Shown here: one piece after another, positions 13,599 to 25,120 of the stretch | Numbering within the stretch: the stretch's first letter is position 1 | Layout: each line of letters opens with the position of its first letter | Source of the DNA: Cycas panzhihuaensis | Lineage: Eukaryota; Plantae; Cycadophyta | NCBI GenBank assembly: GCA_023213395.1 | Contig: CM041465.1 | Location: forward strand, 217,627,741-217,691,740 | Reading direction: 5' to 3' | DNA length: 64,000 bases | Program-made: the position numbers and the translations under genes | The notes under the pieces: generated by a model | Told to the model about the DNA's origin: nothing | The model's input: the letters and a program-made list of their open reading frames with translations, nothing else | The model's database searches: none

Positions 13599-14845
13599 AT
13601 TATTTTTAGAAAGTAAGTACATTGAGAAAGTAAATAAAACTAAAGTAATGCTATAATAGAAAGACAAAACTAATGATAAAACTAGGGAATTGCCCCTTTT
13701 AAAAAGCCATAATAAAATTTGCATTTACATATTTGCAAGGCAGTTTAAACTTGTATAGGAGAATTAGATAGTTTATCCTCATTTTAGAGTAGTAGTAGTA
13801 GTTTATACTCATACAAAAGCTTCAAATAGTTTACCTCATTTTGGAGAGAGGGTTTCAATTTAAATTTGTAGTGAAACTTCTAATAGTTTACAATCATTTC
13901 AAGTATATGATTCTAGTTTAAACTTATAGTGGAGCTTTAGATAGTTTACTCTTACTTTAGAGGCCTAATATAATTTAATAAGAAATTAGCTCATAGGGTT
14001 AGCTTCATTGATAGGCTTAAAAGCCTTAAGGAGAAACATTTACCTATGGTAATCACCACTCAATACTAAAGACAACTAAATGATCTATCTTAACATTTCA
14101 TTCTTATTAAACATATTAAACTATGATAGTAAAAAATGAGATAAGAATGACTAAGCTTAGTTGATAAGGGCACACAATTAAGGGAAGCAAACTTGGTATG
14201 CTTGGGTAAGTTGGAAACAATAAATTAAGAATAAAAAAGAAATAAAATAAGGCCATTACAAACTTGGAAATAATTAATAAGAGCTTCTATAGTAGTAGTG
14301 TATTAGTTGTATTATTAGTTACTATAAGCAAATATACTCCAATATAATTTAGGATGTGGCTTACTTGGTCCCCAATGGTGTAGGCTATAGAAAAAGGGGT
14401 AGGATTCCCATAGCTTCCTCCATTAGTATGAATAATAAATACCATGAGAAATACAATAGTATCTCAGAGATAGCTTAATGATTATAGCAAGTAGGATGAA
14501 AATTGATTAATACGATCAAGTTTCAAGTTCTAACGGCTTAACTTTAATTGTTTAAGATAAGTCAAATATTGATCCTCTGAGTGGCTTGGTGTCACTCTCA
14601 TGATAACTTTCCAAAATTTATTTTGTTCCTTAAAGTTCCAAGTAGCTTTCTATCATGACCCACATATCTGAACCCACACTATGAATCATAGGTAAGAACA
14701 ATCCATACATCTAGACCCAAACTGTATAATGTAGATAGGAATAAAATTGGCACATGACTTGCCCCAGGTGCTAAGAAGGTAGAGAGAGGTCCATGCATAA
14801 ATTTTATATTTTTTAGTGTGTGTGTATATACTTTTTCCTCTCTAT

Positions 14846-14890
<45 letters not shown>
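14846..14890. repeat. (GA)n microsatellite
   Basis: Direct reading. Confidence 0.95.
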
Positions 14891-14894
<4 letters not shown>

Positions 14895-16083
14895 TATGAA
14901 AAGAAGTCACATTGACAAGCTAACTCATTAGGGACCAAGTTAACCAATAAATAATAATATAATTTAATAAAGAGAGACCATACAAAAGCTAGAAAACATG
15001 ACCATAAAGTTCAAATTACTAGGAGAACTTAGGTAGTTCATACATGTTATCTTTGAATACTTTTTATTTAGGAAATGAGCAAATAAGAGGCCTTTAAAAA
15101 GGCCAATGTAATAAGCTAGATCATTTATTATAATAAATATCAAGTGGAACTATGATAGGAAAGCACATCATGAAATCAAGCTACTAGATCATTGCTTAAG
15201 CTATAGGCTATATATTAGCAAAAGTGATTATCTATAAGATAACAATTTACTCAAGAAAGTTTTAAAAGATTACAAGTACAAGGGGCCTATAAAGGGCAAG
15301 TGTTAGATAGCAAGGGGTACTCACAAATGGGTTGCACTATTGAAAAGGTATCTCAAAATTAAGACTTCTAATTGTAAACATAGATATGCATAAGAGGGGT
15401 TACCATGGGGCTCTATTGAGCAAAAGCACATAAAAGGTGTTAGAGGTTACCTAGTAAAAAAGGCATATATGGCCTATATGAATGGGTTTAATACTAAAAG
15501 ATAAACCTACAAAATATTAAAAATGATATGTTGGGAGAGAATTATCTCTAGGTAACATGTGATAGAACCAAGTCCATTAATAACATATTAATTACTTTGA
15601 TCGATAGTCATTTTAAAGTGTTTTAAAGTGTGGTGCATAAAAAAATAGCTACAATAATGGAAGTGTTGATCATATGTGATGATAGTTTATAAAATGAGGA
15701 ATCCAATAAGATAAACAAGATAAAAATCTGACATCTTAAAGTTGGTTTAGGATGATTATATAAATAGTTTTGTCTATTATTTGATATTTCATTTTTACAT
15801 TTAAGATTAGAAATTTTATTTGACCCCTATTTACCTAAACCACTCCTAAACTTATTATACAAAAATATATAGTTAGATTCATATGTAGTTAAATGTGCTG
15901 GATTCATGGCATTGAGATGGTTAGGTAGGTACTAGACCTAGTAGGCCTAACCCTCCTAATTTTTTACAATTTTAATTTTTAGGGTTTTTAGGGTTTTGCC
16001 TTATTTTTTTAGATTTTGGTCAAATGGGATCTAATCAAAGCCTTATTTGCAACTAGATTAGGCCAATTTGATGCCCTAATCAT

Positions 16084-16436
16084 TGTTAGAATATAGTATA
16101 AGAAAGACATTCTCTAATATTAATTGATAGAAATAAAAGTGCGTAAACATAAGTTCTATTATACAAGTAGAAATAAAGAATAAACACAAATGTGTACATA
16201 TATAATACAATATACTTATAGGAAATGACCACCTCCAAATTGTATTATCAAACCTATGTATATTTATACTACATTACACCACCTAGCTGTCTAATCGCAT
16301 TCTAGGATTTACTTAGTCAACCAATGACTAATTACATAAAGAGGTATATATACTATGACCCCCTAGTATACATTAAAGGGATAGCTACATTGATTTACAT
16401 CAATTAAATATTTCTATGGGTTAACATTACCTAATA
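16084..16436 (-). repeat. 3' LTR of the non-autonomous element
   Basis: Homologous to 30898-31284; adjacent PPT reverse complement TTCCCCTT at 16437-16444. Confidence 0.9.
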
Positions 16437-18259
16437 TTCCCCTTTTAATATTAAACTAGATCATATAACTACTTCAAATATTGATGATAGGTTTATATAA
16501 AAGCCAAACATCTACTAGAGCATATGGGTAACCAACTATTATACTTATCAATCCTCTAGAATAGCCTTCTTGCACGTGGTTCACAAACATTTTCCTATCA
16601 AGTAGCCTTTACCTACTCTCATTTTGCTTATTTTTGGCTCTCCTAGCCAAGGTAGCACCTTTAAGAGATAAAATGAGATAAAAACTCTCAACCCCATATA
16701 CTACACCATGGAATAAATATCTAAAAATGATTATCTAAGCAAAAACATGTGACAAAACACCTTTTTTTAAAAAATCCTACGCTATATTTTAATACCTTAT
16801 TAACTTTAGCTTTAAATTTAACACCATTAAAACTACCTTAAAATTTTCTTAAAGCATATTATGTGACTAACTCATTAGAAAGTCCTATGAGATAACTTTA
16901 TAGTGTAACTAATGACACTTAATTATAATATTATATGAGGGAGTTACAAATATTTTCATGAGCACAAGTACCTTTTTGGTGAGAAAAGATCAAAACATAA
17001 AAAGGACCCTTTTTATGTTAGCCCTCAATCACCTTAAAACACTTATACAACTAGTTTAAGGGCTAAGTAGACTTTATGCACATCTTAAAAATGATTTAAT
17101 ACATCATCCTAAAGTTTACAAACTTTAGAAAAAGAAAAAAAAATGTTGTGTGATGTGTGCATAGCCTACATGCATCTATGGGTATTCCATTGTTGTTTAC
17201 AAGCTAATCTTTAGCTATTTCTTAGCCTAAATATACCAAACTACCATTTTTAGACACTTTGAATCTGATGATGATGTTAGTTTTATAAAAAACATGCCTA
17301 GAAAAGAGATATTTCCAAAGATAAGTGCCTAAACGCTCACATAGTCATCCAAACACTTTTACCTCCATCTAATGGATTGTTCTTAAACCATTTCTCAATC
17401 TGGAAGATGCATGCTAATATTTTTTGACACTGTAAACCCATTAGAAGTGACAAAATTGGAAAATATTCACTTATTAGTGAGTTTTCATCAAAAATAGATG
17501 GCCAATTTGCCTCAAATTTGTCCAACATTCTAATAAAGTTGTCCAACCATTGTTGGAGCTAATCCATAGCCAAACATAGCTCAAAATCATATTAACATAC
17601 TATAAAAGCATTGATGTATTCCCCATAATAGCTACAAAGCCAAAATATAAACAAAACACATGAAAAAAATGGCCTTAAAACCCATTAAAACCACACAAAC
17701 CCTCATCACTCCTTCATACATCATCATGGCTCTCAAAGCATCCTATAGCCTTTGCCATGACCTCAAATATTCCCCCTATAATCTATTGTGGCTAAAAAAT
17801 GAAGAGATAATAAGCCCAACGCTCCAATTTTTGCATCAAACAATAACTTTTGACCTCTAACTTATTGATGGGATAGTACCATGTCCCTCTTAAACTTGTA
17901 ATCCTCATTGTACATATAACCATCAAGTAATTTCTTCACATACATAGGTTCTCAACATTGGTAAGCTCTGTACCAAGCCCCAAACATATTAGTTTTCATT
18001 AACATGATCCAAAAAACTGTTTGATACTCTCAACATATTACAAAACCCTTATCAATCATGGTTCTATTTATGATAGAGGGTAAAACCATGGCCAACCAAC
18101 CACAACACTAGCTTCATAAGGTGATCAGGCCTATATTTAAAGCTCTACTATTAAACTCATATGTAATACCCACATGTATACTAATAAAACATGCAAATAA
18201 CTAGTTCAATAACAAATAAAAAATGCAACAAACCTTTATGGAATTTGAGATAACTATAA

Positions 18260-18582
18260 TGTTGGGAATAATCCCAATGTTCATGCACTAGAGCGCTTAG
18301 GGCCCCTCAAAGCCACCTTTGAGGGCCCCTAGGGCACCTTGAACCGTTCAGCACCGCCTTGACCGACCACTCACGTGAGGTACGACACTGTTATTTATTT
18401 TTATATTTTTTCAAACTAACCTTAATTGTTGTGCAATTAGGGTGATGGCGCCCGACGCCTCCGAATCTCTATTTAAGGGTTGGGAATACCTCCCGGTGTT
18501 TATTAACACCGCCACTCTTTCAAAATCGTTGTACTCAAGATGAAAGTCTCGCGATGTCTGCTCCGCCTCCTCGGCTCCATCA
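18260..18582 (+). repeat. 5' LTR of Copia A (323 bp)
   Basis: TG...CA ends, TATA-like CTATTTAAG near 18469, followed by PBS. Confidence 0.85.
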
Positions 18583-18584
18583 TT

Positions 18585-18597
18585 TGGTATCGAGCCA
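18585..18597 (+). promoter_or_regulatory. PBS (tRNA-iMet) of Copia A
   Basis: TGGTATCGAGCCA matches canonical TGGTATCAGAGCCA with one A missing. Confidence 0.85.
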
Positions 18598-18959
18598 AGT
18601 TGATGCTATTGTCTAGTTTCGGTTTTAGTTGCTCAATCGTCCGAAATGAACATAGTTATATGATCGCCGTTGAGATTCTGGCGAGCTCACCGATCTGCTG
18701 GAGAAGACGGTTCTGGATTCCATCCACTATGGAGGAAGATCTCCGCCTAAGTCTCGCTTCTTCACACGGAAACCAGGTTCTTCGTTTCATTTTTTAATTT
18801 TTATAAATATTTTTATATATGCTCTTTACTTTGTACTTTGATCTTCTGTACTGGATTATTAGCTCTCCTCAGACTCATTGTCTATTTTTTTATTTATCAT
18901 TTGTCTCTGTTGTCTCTCCTTTCATTATTTGTGCTTGTTATTATATATTCGCCTGTGAT

Positions 18960-19820
18960 GTGTGATCCCATCCCGTAGCCCTCCCCGTCTGTCCCGCTCG
19001 ACGACACGAGAAGGCTGTCTCCATCTTCGTCTCCCTTCTGCTCTCCGTCTCGCTCTGAGACGCCAAGGACCCCGTCTCCGGCCCCTTATCATTTATTGTG
19101 CGACCCCTTGCGTCTGCGCAGCCTCGTGCGACCCCTTGCGTCTGCGCAGCCTCTTTTTAGTCCGTTGGGTTCGCCCGTCTCTCTTCAGCCTGTGCGAGAC
19201 TCGTAGTCCCACCGTTCGGCCAAGGCCGCCTCGCTCGCGCCTGTGGACGGTTCGTCTGGCCCGGCCCGCGTCACCCTCATTCGCTGCGTCGCCCTCATTC
19301 GCCTTCCGTTCGCGCCCGTGTGGACGGTTCGTCTGCTCTCTGGCCCCGCTGTGTCACCCTCATTCGCCTTCCGTTTGTGGGTTTCTACCGTTCGGCGCGC
19401 TGCGTCGCCTTAGCGCCTTCGATTTGCATCATTTCGCCCATGTGGACGTTCGGCGCGCTGCGTCGCCGCCCCGTTCGTTGCCCGCCCGTGTGATCTATTC
19501 ATTGCGTTTATGTTCTGTTTCCGCTCGGTTATTGCAAATCGTTTCGCCGTGTGGACGTTCGCTGCGTCGCCGCCCCGTTCGTTGCCCACTGTGATCTATT
19601 CATTTATGCGTTTATTCCATGCGTTCTGTTTCCGTTTTCCTGTCGGTTATTGCACATATATATTGGCGCGTTGATTTACGTCATTATTTGGCACTTCGTT
19701 GTTACAGTTTGAATAATTTTATATTTTTTGTTTTAAAACTCGACGAGCGAGTTCACTCCCCTAGCATCGGAGGTTTCTGTTATCTGAGTGGTCTCGGGTT
19801 CAATCCCAGTCCAGTTTAAC
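18960..19820. repeat. CpG-rich, internally repetitive leader segment of Copia A
   Basis: 28-bp tandem GTGCGACCCCTTGCGTCTGCGCAGCCTC x2 (19098-19153), ~110-bp duplication (19442-19655), repeated CGCTGCGTCGCC and GTGGACG(G)TTCG. Confidence 0.9.
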
Positions 19821-21300
19821 TTCAGACTATTTTTTAAAGAAGTTTTTTCATTTCTAAACTTTATTTTTTTAAAAAAATTTTAATTTTTCATAGGGTTATT
19901 GGCGCAGTTTTGGCCATAACTTCCCCCTGGCTCATCGGTTTCAGACAAAACCTGCGCCATCAGATCAAAAATTTTCCGTAGATCGATTTCGACTGGTCAT
20001 AAGACCGATTTGGTGCCCATTTGACCTCGTTTCACCCCTTTTAACATTGGACTTTCAAAATTTCAAAGCTTTTACATTTTTGATAAAATCGGTTTTAGAA
20101 CTGACTGCTATTTATTGTTGGTAAACTGTTTTGTATCCGAATTTTTCCTATAGTGATCTACGTCATATAGACTCTAATACCCATCTTCTACTTTAATTTT
20201 TGACTTCATTTTACTAATATTTTAATCGTTAAAATAAGAAAATTAGTTGTTTTTCCCTGTTTCTTGAACATTCTCCATAAAGATACTTGTCACTTTTTCA
20301 CTATAATTTTTGCAATTTTTATCATTTCCGTCACCGTTGGGAAGCTGACTCATTTCTCTTCACTGTGATATATTTTTTCATATATTTTGACATATTTTGC
20401 TTATATTTCAAATCAGCTAAAGTTGAAGCATTTTATTGGCCTAAATCTGTTGTTTTTTACACCTGTTTAATACATTCTTTCAAAATTTTCAATTGACAGA
20501 ATATTAATTACTTCATAAATAATATTTGATCATTTTTTTCAACTTTTCTAAGGATTAATTAATACTTTTATACAATTTTTTGCCTACCCTGCTCCTGTTA
20601 GGCTCCATAAGGAGGTCCTTTTCTTAGCATCATTCAAAACGTGACTTATTGGTATCATTTTTCAAAACCGTCTATCTTATTGGATTCACATTTCAGCAAT
20701 CTACATATTGATAAAATTTTAAGCTATTCTGACCTCATTCAATATCGTTTTCAATCTGTTAAATTTGAGTATATATATTCATCCTAACAAGCTTGTCTTC
20801 CTTTCAAAAATTGTAAAGAAAATTCTAGTTTACTCAAAGTTTTTGCTTGATCTTTCTACAAGCACTTTACATTATTTTGAACAAGTATTTATTTATAAGG
20901 CAATACATAAAAGTTGTCCTTAAAAGAAGTTTTTTTACATTGAAGATTTATTATTCATTTGAGAAATTGGCATCTGTTTATCTATTCTCAAAAGTTTATT
21001 TTAAATCTTGCATAAGTGAAAAGTTTTTGAGCATCATTACTTCCTTTTTGATTAAAAGTGTATCAAAGTTCTTCTTCATTATTGGAAAATATCATCCTTC
21101 TTGCACTTATAAAAGAAAAATTGCATTTCTTTTCAAAGGCATCTTATATTTGTTTGAAGGACATTATATATTTTTTTTGAAAAAAAGCAAAAAGAATTTT
21201 TTAAAAGTTTTCATTTCATCTTGCTTAGAGCATTTTTTTCTATTATCAAAAGAATTTTCTTTTTCTAAGCAAGACCACATTGCTAAATAGATTAGTTTTC

Positions 21301-21760
21301 ACATTAAATAAGATAAATCCCGAATTGAACCACACTTTTTCCACCTTGCAAGGGGCAGTTAGGACCACAGGTTACCACTCAAGACACGCTAATCGGCCTA
21401 CTCATATTGGATGAGGACAGCCATTAGTTATCAAGTGTATACGGTGGCAGGCTGAGGTGCAGAACCTTTTCATTTTATGGTGTTTGGAGACCAAGGCTAG
21501 ACTTGGAGAGGGTGAGTGCCTTTGGTTCGAGAACCTTCACCGCTAGATCTGTCGTTAGGCATAAATCCCAAGTAGTGGACCAACAATTGTGGGGTGTCAA
21601 AGCCTTCTTAGCGACCACGTCTTGAGGTATATAGAGCCTGGCGCAAGACGGAGATAAAGGGTCCCTGTTTTGCCATCTGGGCAAAGGCGTCATTGAGAAT
21701 AGCAACCAAGGTTGCCCAGGAGAAACATTAACTTAGAGCCTAGTAGCCTTTCTAGGTCCT
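21301..21760 (+). ncRNA. Conserved structured cis-RNA element upstream of Copia A gag (function unknown; IRES-like candidate)
   Basis: Colinear homology to 55098-55565 with multiple nested stems and compensatory changes (see findings). Confidence 0.6.
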
Positions 21761-21901
21761 AGTTCATTTGTTCAAACTTTTGAAAACCTTGGGATATATA
21801 TATTTGGAAATAATCTCTTTCATTTTAAGTTCTTTCAAATTTTCTACATTCAAATATTTTTGCTATTGCATTTATCATATTTTATACAACCTTAATTTAA
21901 A

Positions 21902-24250
21902 ATGACATCTAGTTTTGGGAATATGATTATTCCTAAGTTTGATGGAAATAATTTTCTTAACTGGAGTAGGAGGATGAGGCCCATCCTCATAGCAAATGAA
22001 ATGTGGGATATAGTGAGAAATGGTTACAATGACTTAGGATCAAATCCAACTGATACTGAAAAAGCTACATACAAAGAAAATATCAAAAAGGATAATGAAG
22101 CCTTAGCCCTTATCTTTTGCGCTTTGGAAGATCATGTTTTCCCACGCGTTAGTGAATCCATTAAGTCCAAAGAGGCTTGGGATACTTTACAGCTTATATA
22201 CGAAGGGGTCGCGTCCTCTAAACTACAAAACTTGAGAAGTAAGTTTGAAAATTTACGATGATGCCTCATGAATCAATAAGCGAATTTATGACCAAGATTC
22301 AAGACATAGTTAACCAAATGAGGTCCCTTGGGATACCTTAACCGAACAAAGAGTTGTTGAACGAATCCTTCGATGTGTAGGAGCCGTTAGACGCTTTGAA
22401 ATGGTAGCTACAAGTATTAGTGTATCTAAAGACCTAAGTACCCTCAAAATAGAACAACTTACTGCTATGCTTATGTCCATAGAAGAGCAACAAGCTGCCA
22501 ACGAAACCTTAGAACATGCCTTTGCTACAAAGGCCAACATTCAATCTAATCCTCAAGATGGCCCTTCAAAACAAAATGAATCCCCTTTAAGGCGAAAAGA
22601 TGAAAACCCTAGACATGAACCTAGACAAAATCCTCCACGATACCAAGCTCCTCATAATAGACAAGGACGACCCCCACAACATGAAAACTCTCCAAGACAT
22701 TTGAACACTCAAAGAAACCCTAACCAACAAAGACAAGTTGAAAATCATTCTTGTTGTCCACATTGTCATGGGAACCCACAACCTTCTACCACACCTCAAA
22801 ACTATCGTGACCAACCAAGAAATAATCATACTCAATTCTCTGAGGAAAGGGGGAGACCTTTCAACTTTGATCACTCTTCACCAAGGACTCAAAATCTTAG
22901 TTATGGAAAAAGAGATCAACTATATTGCACTTATTGTCGTAGAAATGGTCACACTGAAGATAAGTGTTTTTCAAAACATGGACCCCCCTCTAGAGGACAT
23001 GTGTCAAACACATCGTAATCTAAAATCAACAATAGGTTATTTCTATCTAGTTTTTCAAACCAGAAGAAGAGGATGATAGTTGGTACATTGATTAGGTTGT
23101 TCCACCCACATGACCCATAAAGAACAATTATTTCAAACTTTGGATACAAATAAGAAAGGGTCTATTATGTTTGGAGACAACACTTCTCACCAATCGATTG
23201 GAAAAGGTAACATTGCCTTATTGGTGATAGTGGTGAATATAAATATTTAAATGATGTTCTATATGTCCTCGCTTAAGGAAAAACTTACTATCAGAGGATG
23301 ATGATGGGACAAGACTATAAAATAATTTTTGACAACGGTGAATGTGTCATCAAAGACAAACGACAAAATGAAGCTATTGTTGCTAGGGGTATCATGACTA
23401 AAGATCATTTATTCAAACTTCCTATCACCCCTCGAAACATATGCCCTTAGAACCACAACTACTATGGATAGTGACCTATGGCATCGACGTTTTGGTCACC
23501 TTAATTATACAAGTTTAGCCCTTATGAAAAGATTAGATATGGTTAATGGCTTACCCCTATTGATGTTAACAAAGAGTTGTGTGAGGATGCCTTCTTGGAA
23601 AACATCATAGAGAAAGTTTTCCGGACTTTAGCCATCGGACATCGCCCTCTTCAACTCGTCTACCACGGATATTTGTGGCCCAATGGCCACTCCTCCTAGC
23701 GGTGCCAAATATTTCCTTACATTTATTGATGACTTTACAAGAAAGACTTGGGTGTTCTTTCTCAAATACAAATCGATGCTTCGACCACTTTGTTGACTTC
23801 AAAACCTTCGTTGAGCGACAAAGTGGATATCATATCCTCTCCTTAAGATCCGATAATGGGGGAGAATTTACCTCTAATATCTTCAAGGATTCCGTATCCA
23901 ACATGGGATTACGCGACAACATACCAACCCCTACACCCCACAACAAAATGGTGTAGCTGAAAGGAAAAACAGAACTATCGTAGAAATGGCACGTTGTATG
24001 CTTAAAGATAAAACTTAGGCCATGAATTTTGGGTGAAGTCCATACCGCAGCCTACTTACTTAATCGATGTTCCACAAAAGTCATAGAGGGAAGACACCAG
24101 AAGAAGCATGGACAGGTTATAAACCTAGTATCCGTCACCTTAAGGTATTTGGCTGTTTAGCCTATGCCCACGTCCCTGACCAAAGAAGAACCAAATTAGA
24201 TGATCATAGTGTAAAATGTATCTTTATTAGATATAGTGAATCATCAAAAC
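21902..24250 (+). pseudogene. Copia A gag-protease-integrase (frameshifted, truncated after integrase)
   Basis: PKFDGNNFLNWSRRM (Copia gag N-terminus), SKEAWDTLQ, CTYCRRNGHTEDKC knuckle, WYID(S)GCSTHMT protease, LWHRRFGHLN, LRSDNGGEF, PQQNGVAERKNRT, KTPEEAWTG..HLKVFGCLAY. Confidence 0.95.
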
Positions 24251-25120
24251 TTTGGGCCCTCCATCCCGGATTAGTGAATCATCAAAACCCTCCCTCATCT
24301 CCTGCTCTGCTCCTTCGGCTCCATCATTATAACACGTACTCCTAGTTGGATTTTTCATATAGGTACTAATATGATGTAGGTTCATGATGTTAATATGCTT
24401 TCAGGACCCCACATAACAATAGTTTGAAACCATCCACAACTTGGAGTAGAACTTCACCTTACAAATAAATAAACTACCCATCTTACTAGTCATAAACAAG
24501 TATACTAAAGTCATTAGAGGAAGATATATTAGGAAGGAGCAACAATGATGTGAGCACATAGGCAATTAGGGTTTTAATTATAATTATAGATCAAGGGTAA
24601 GAGGATGGAAAGACGGGGTGATCTCTAGGCTCTCTACATAGATGGAACCTTAACAAGATTGTTCTACAAATTTAAGAGGGCTCAAGGGAAGACGAGAGGT
24701 GACAGTGGCAGTAAGGGAGGGTTTGGCTAATAGGTGATGACTGGGAAAGCTGGGAAGAGTGGAGATTTGGGAAGATGGGGATGAAAGGGGGAGACAATAG
24801 AGGACAGACTACCTAAGTGGGGTCTAGCCAAAAGAACATTCCCACACATATGGAGATAAAGGGACAAGCTCCTACATATGGGACTACCATGAGAAACCAT
24901 CCTTTGTGATTAAAATGTGGGGTTTTCTAGGTGATTTCAGCAGGAGATAGAGTAGGGAATAACATAGAAGGTAGGATAAGTAGGTTCTATGTAAGTATCT
25001 AGATGATTCTAGTTTACAAGGTGAGGAACCTAGCCTCTCTTAGAATTTTTTCCTTGACTTTTTTTCAAAGAATTTTAGGCAAGTAGCTTAGTAGATAGAG
25101 TCATATTATTTCACATATAA

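Larger units (their letters stand above)
7300..14090 (-). mobile_element. Decayed Tat-like gypsy 3' region plus probable LTR part (remnant Y), interrupted by Copia C
   Basis: Inverted homolog of 1-3300, with the alignment continuing across the Copia C insertion. Motif copies at 13043-13430 and AGTTTA..CTCATTT repeats at 13741-13970 resemble those next to the integrase end at 33180-33300. Weak integrase C-terminal trace near 13990-14090. Confidence 0.5.
18260..24326 (+). mobile_element. Ty1/copia element A: CpG-rich, 3.3-kb leader, RT/RNase H and most of the 3' LTR missing
   Basis: 5' LTR TGTTGGG...CTCCATCA (18260-18582) and PBS. gag-protease-integrase at 21902-24250. LTR-end remnant CTGCTC(C/T)GC..TCGGCTCCATCA ends at 24326. 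Flanks TATAA (18255-18259) and TTATAA (24327-24332) are TSD-like. Confidence 0.9.

Noticed and set aside
1-13600. Mutator/foldback DNA transposon with long TIRs
   Set aside because: No transposase; the arms carry gypsy 3'-UTR motifs and LTR-like sequence and are highly diverged.
18962-19594. 210-aa R/S/P-rich ORF
   Set aside because: By-product of a GC-rich repetitive tract lacking stops; GTG start; no domain.
20847-21290. 147-aa hydrophobic ORF as env-like or extra ORF
   Set aside because: F/K/I/L-biased translation of T-rich leader sequence with a non-ATG start; no counterpart in Copia B.
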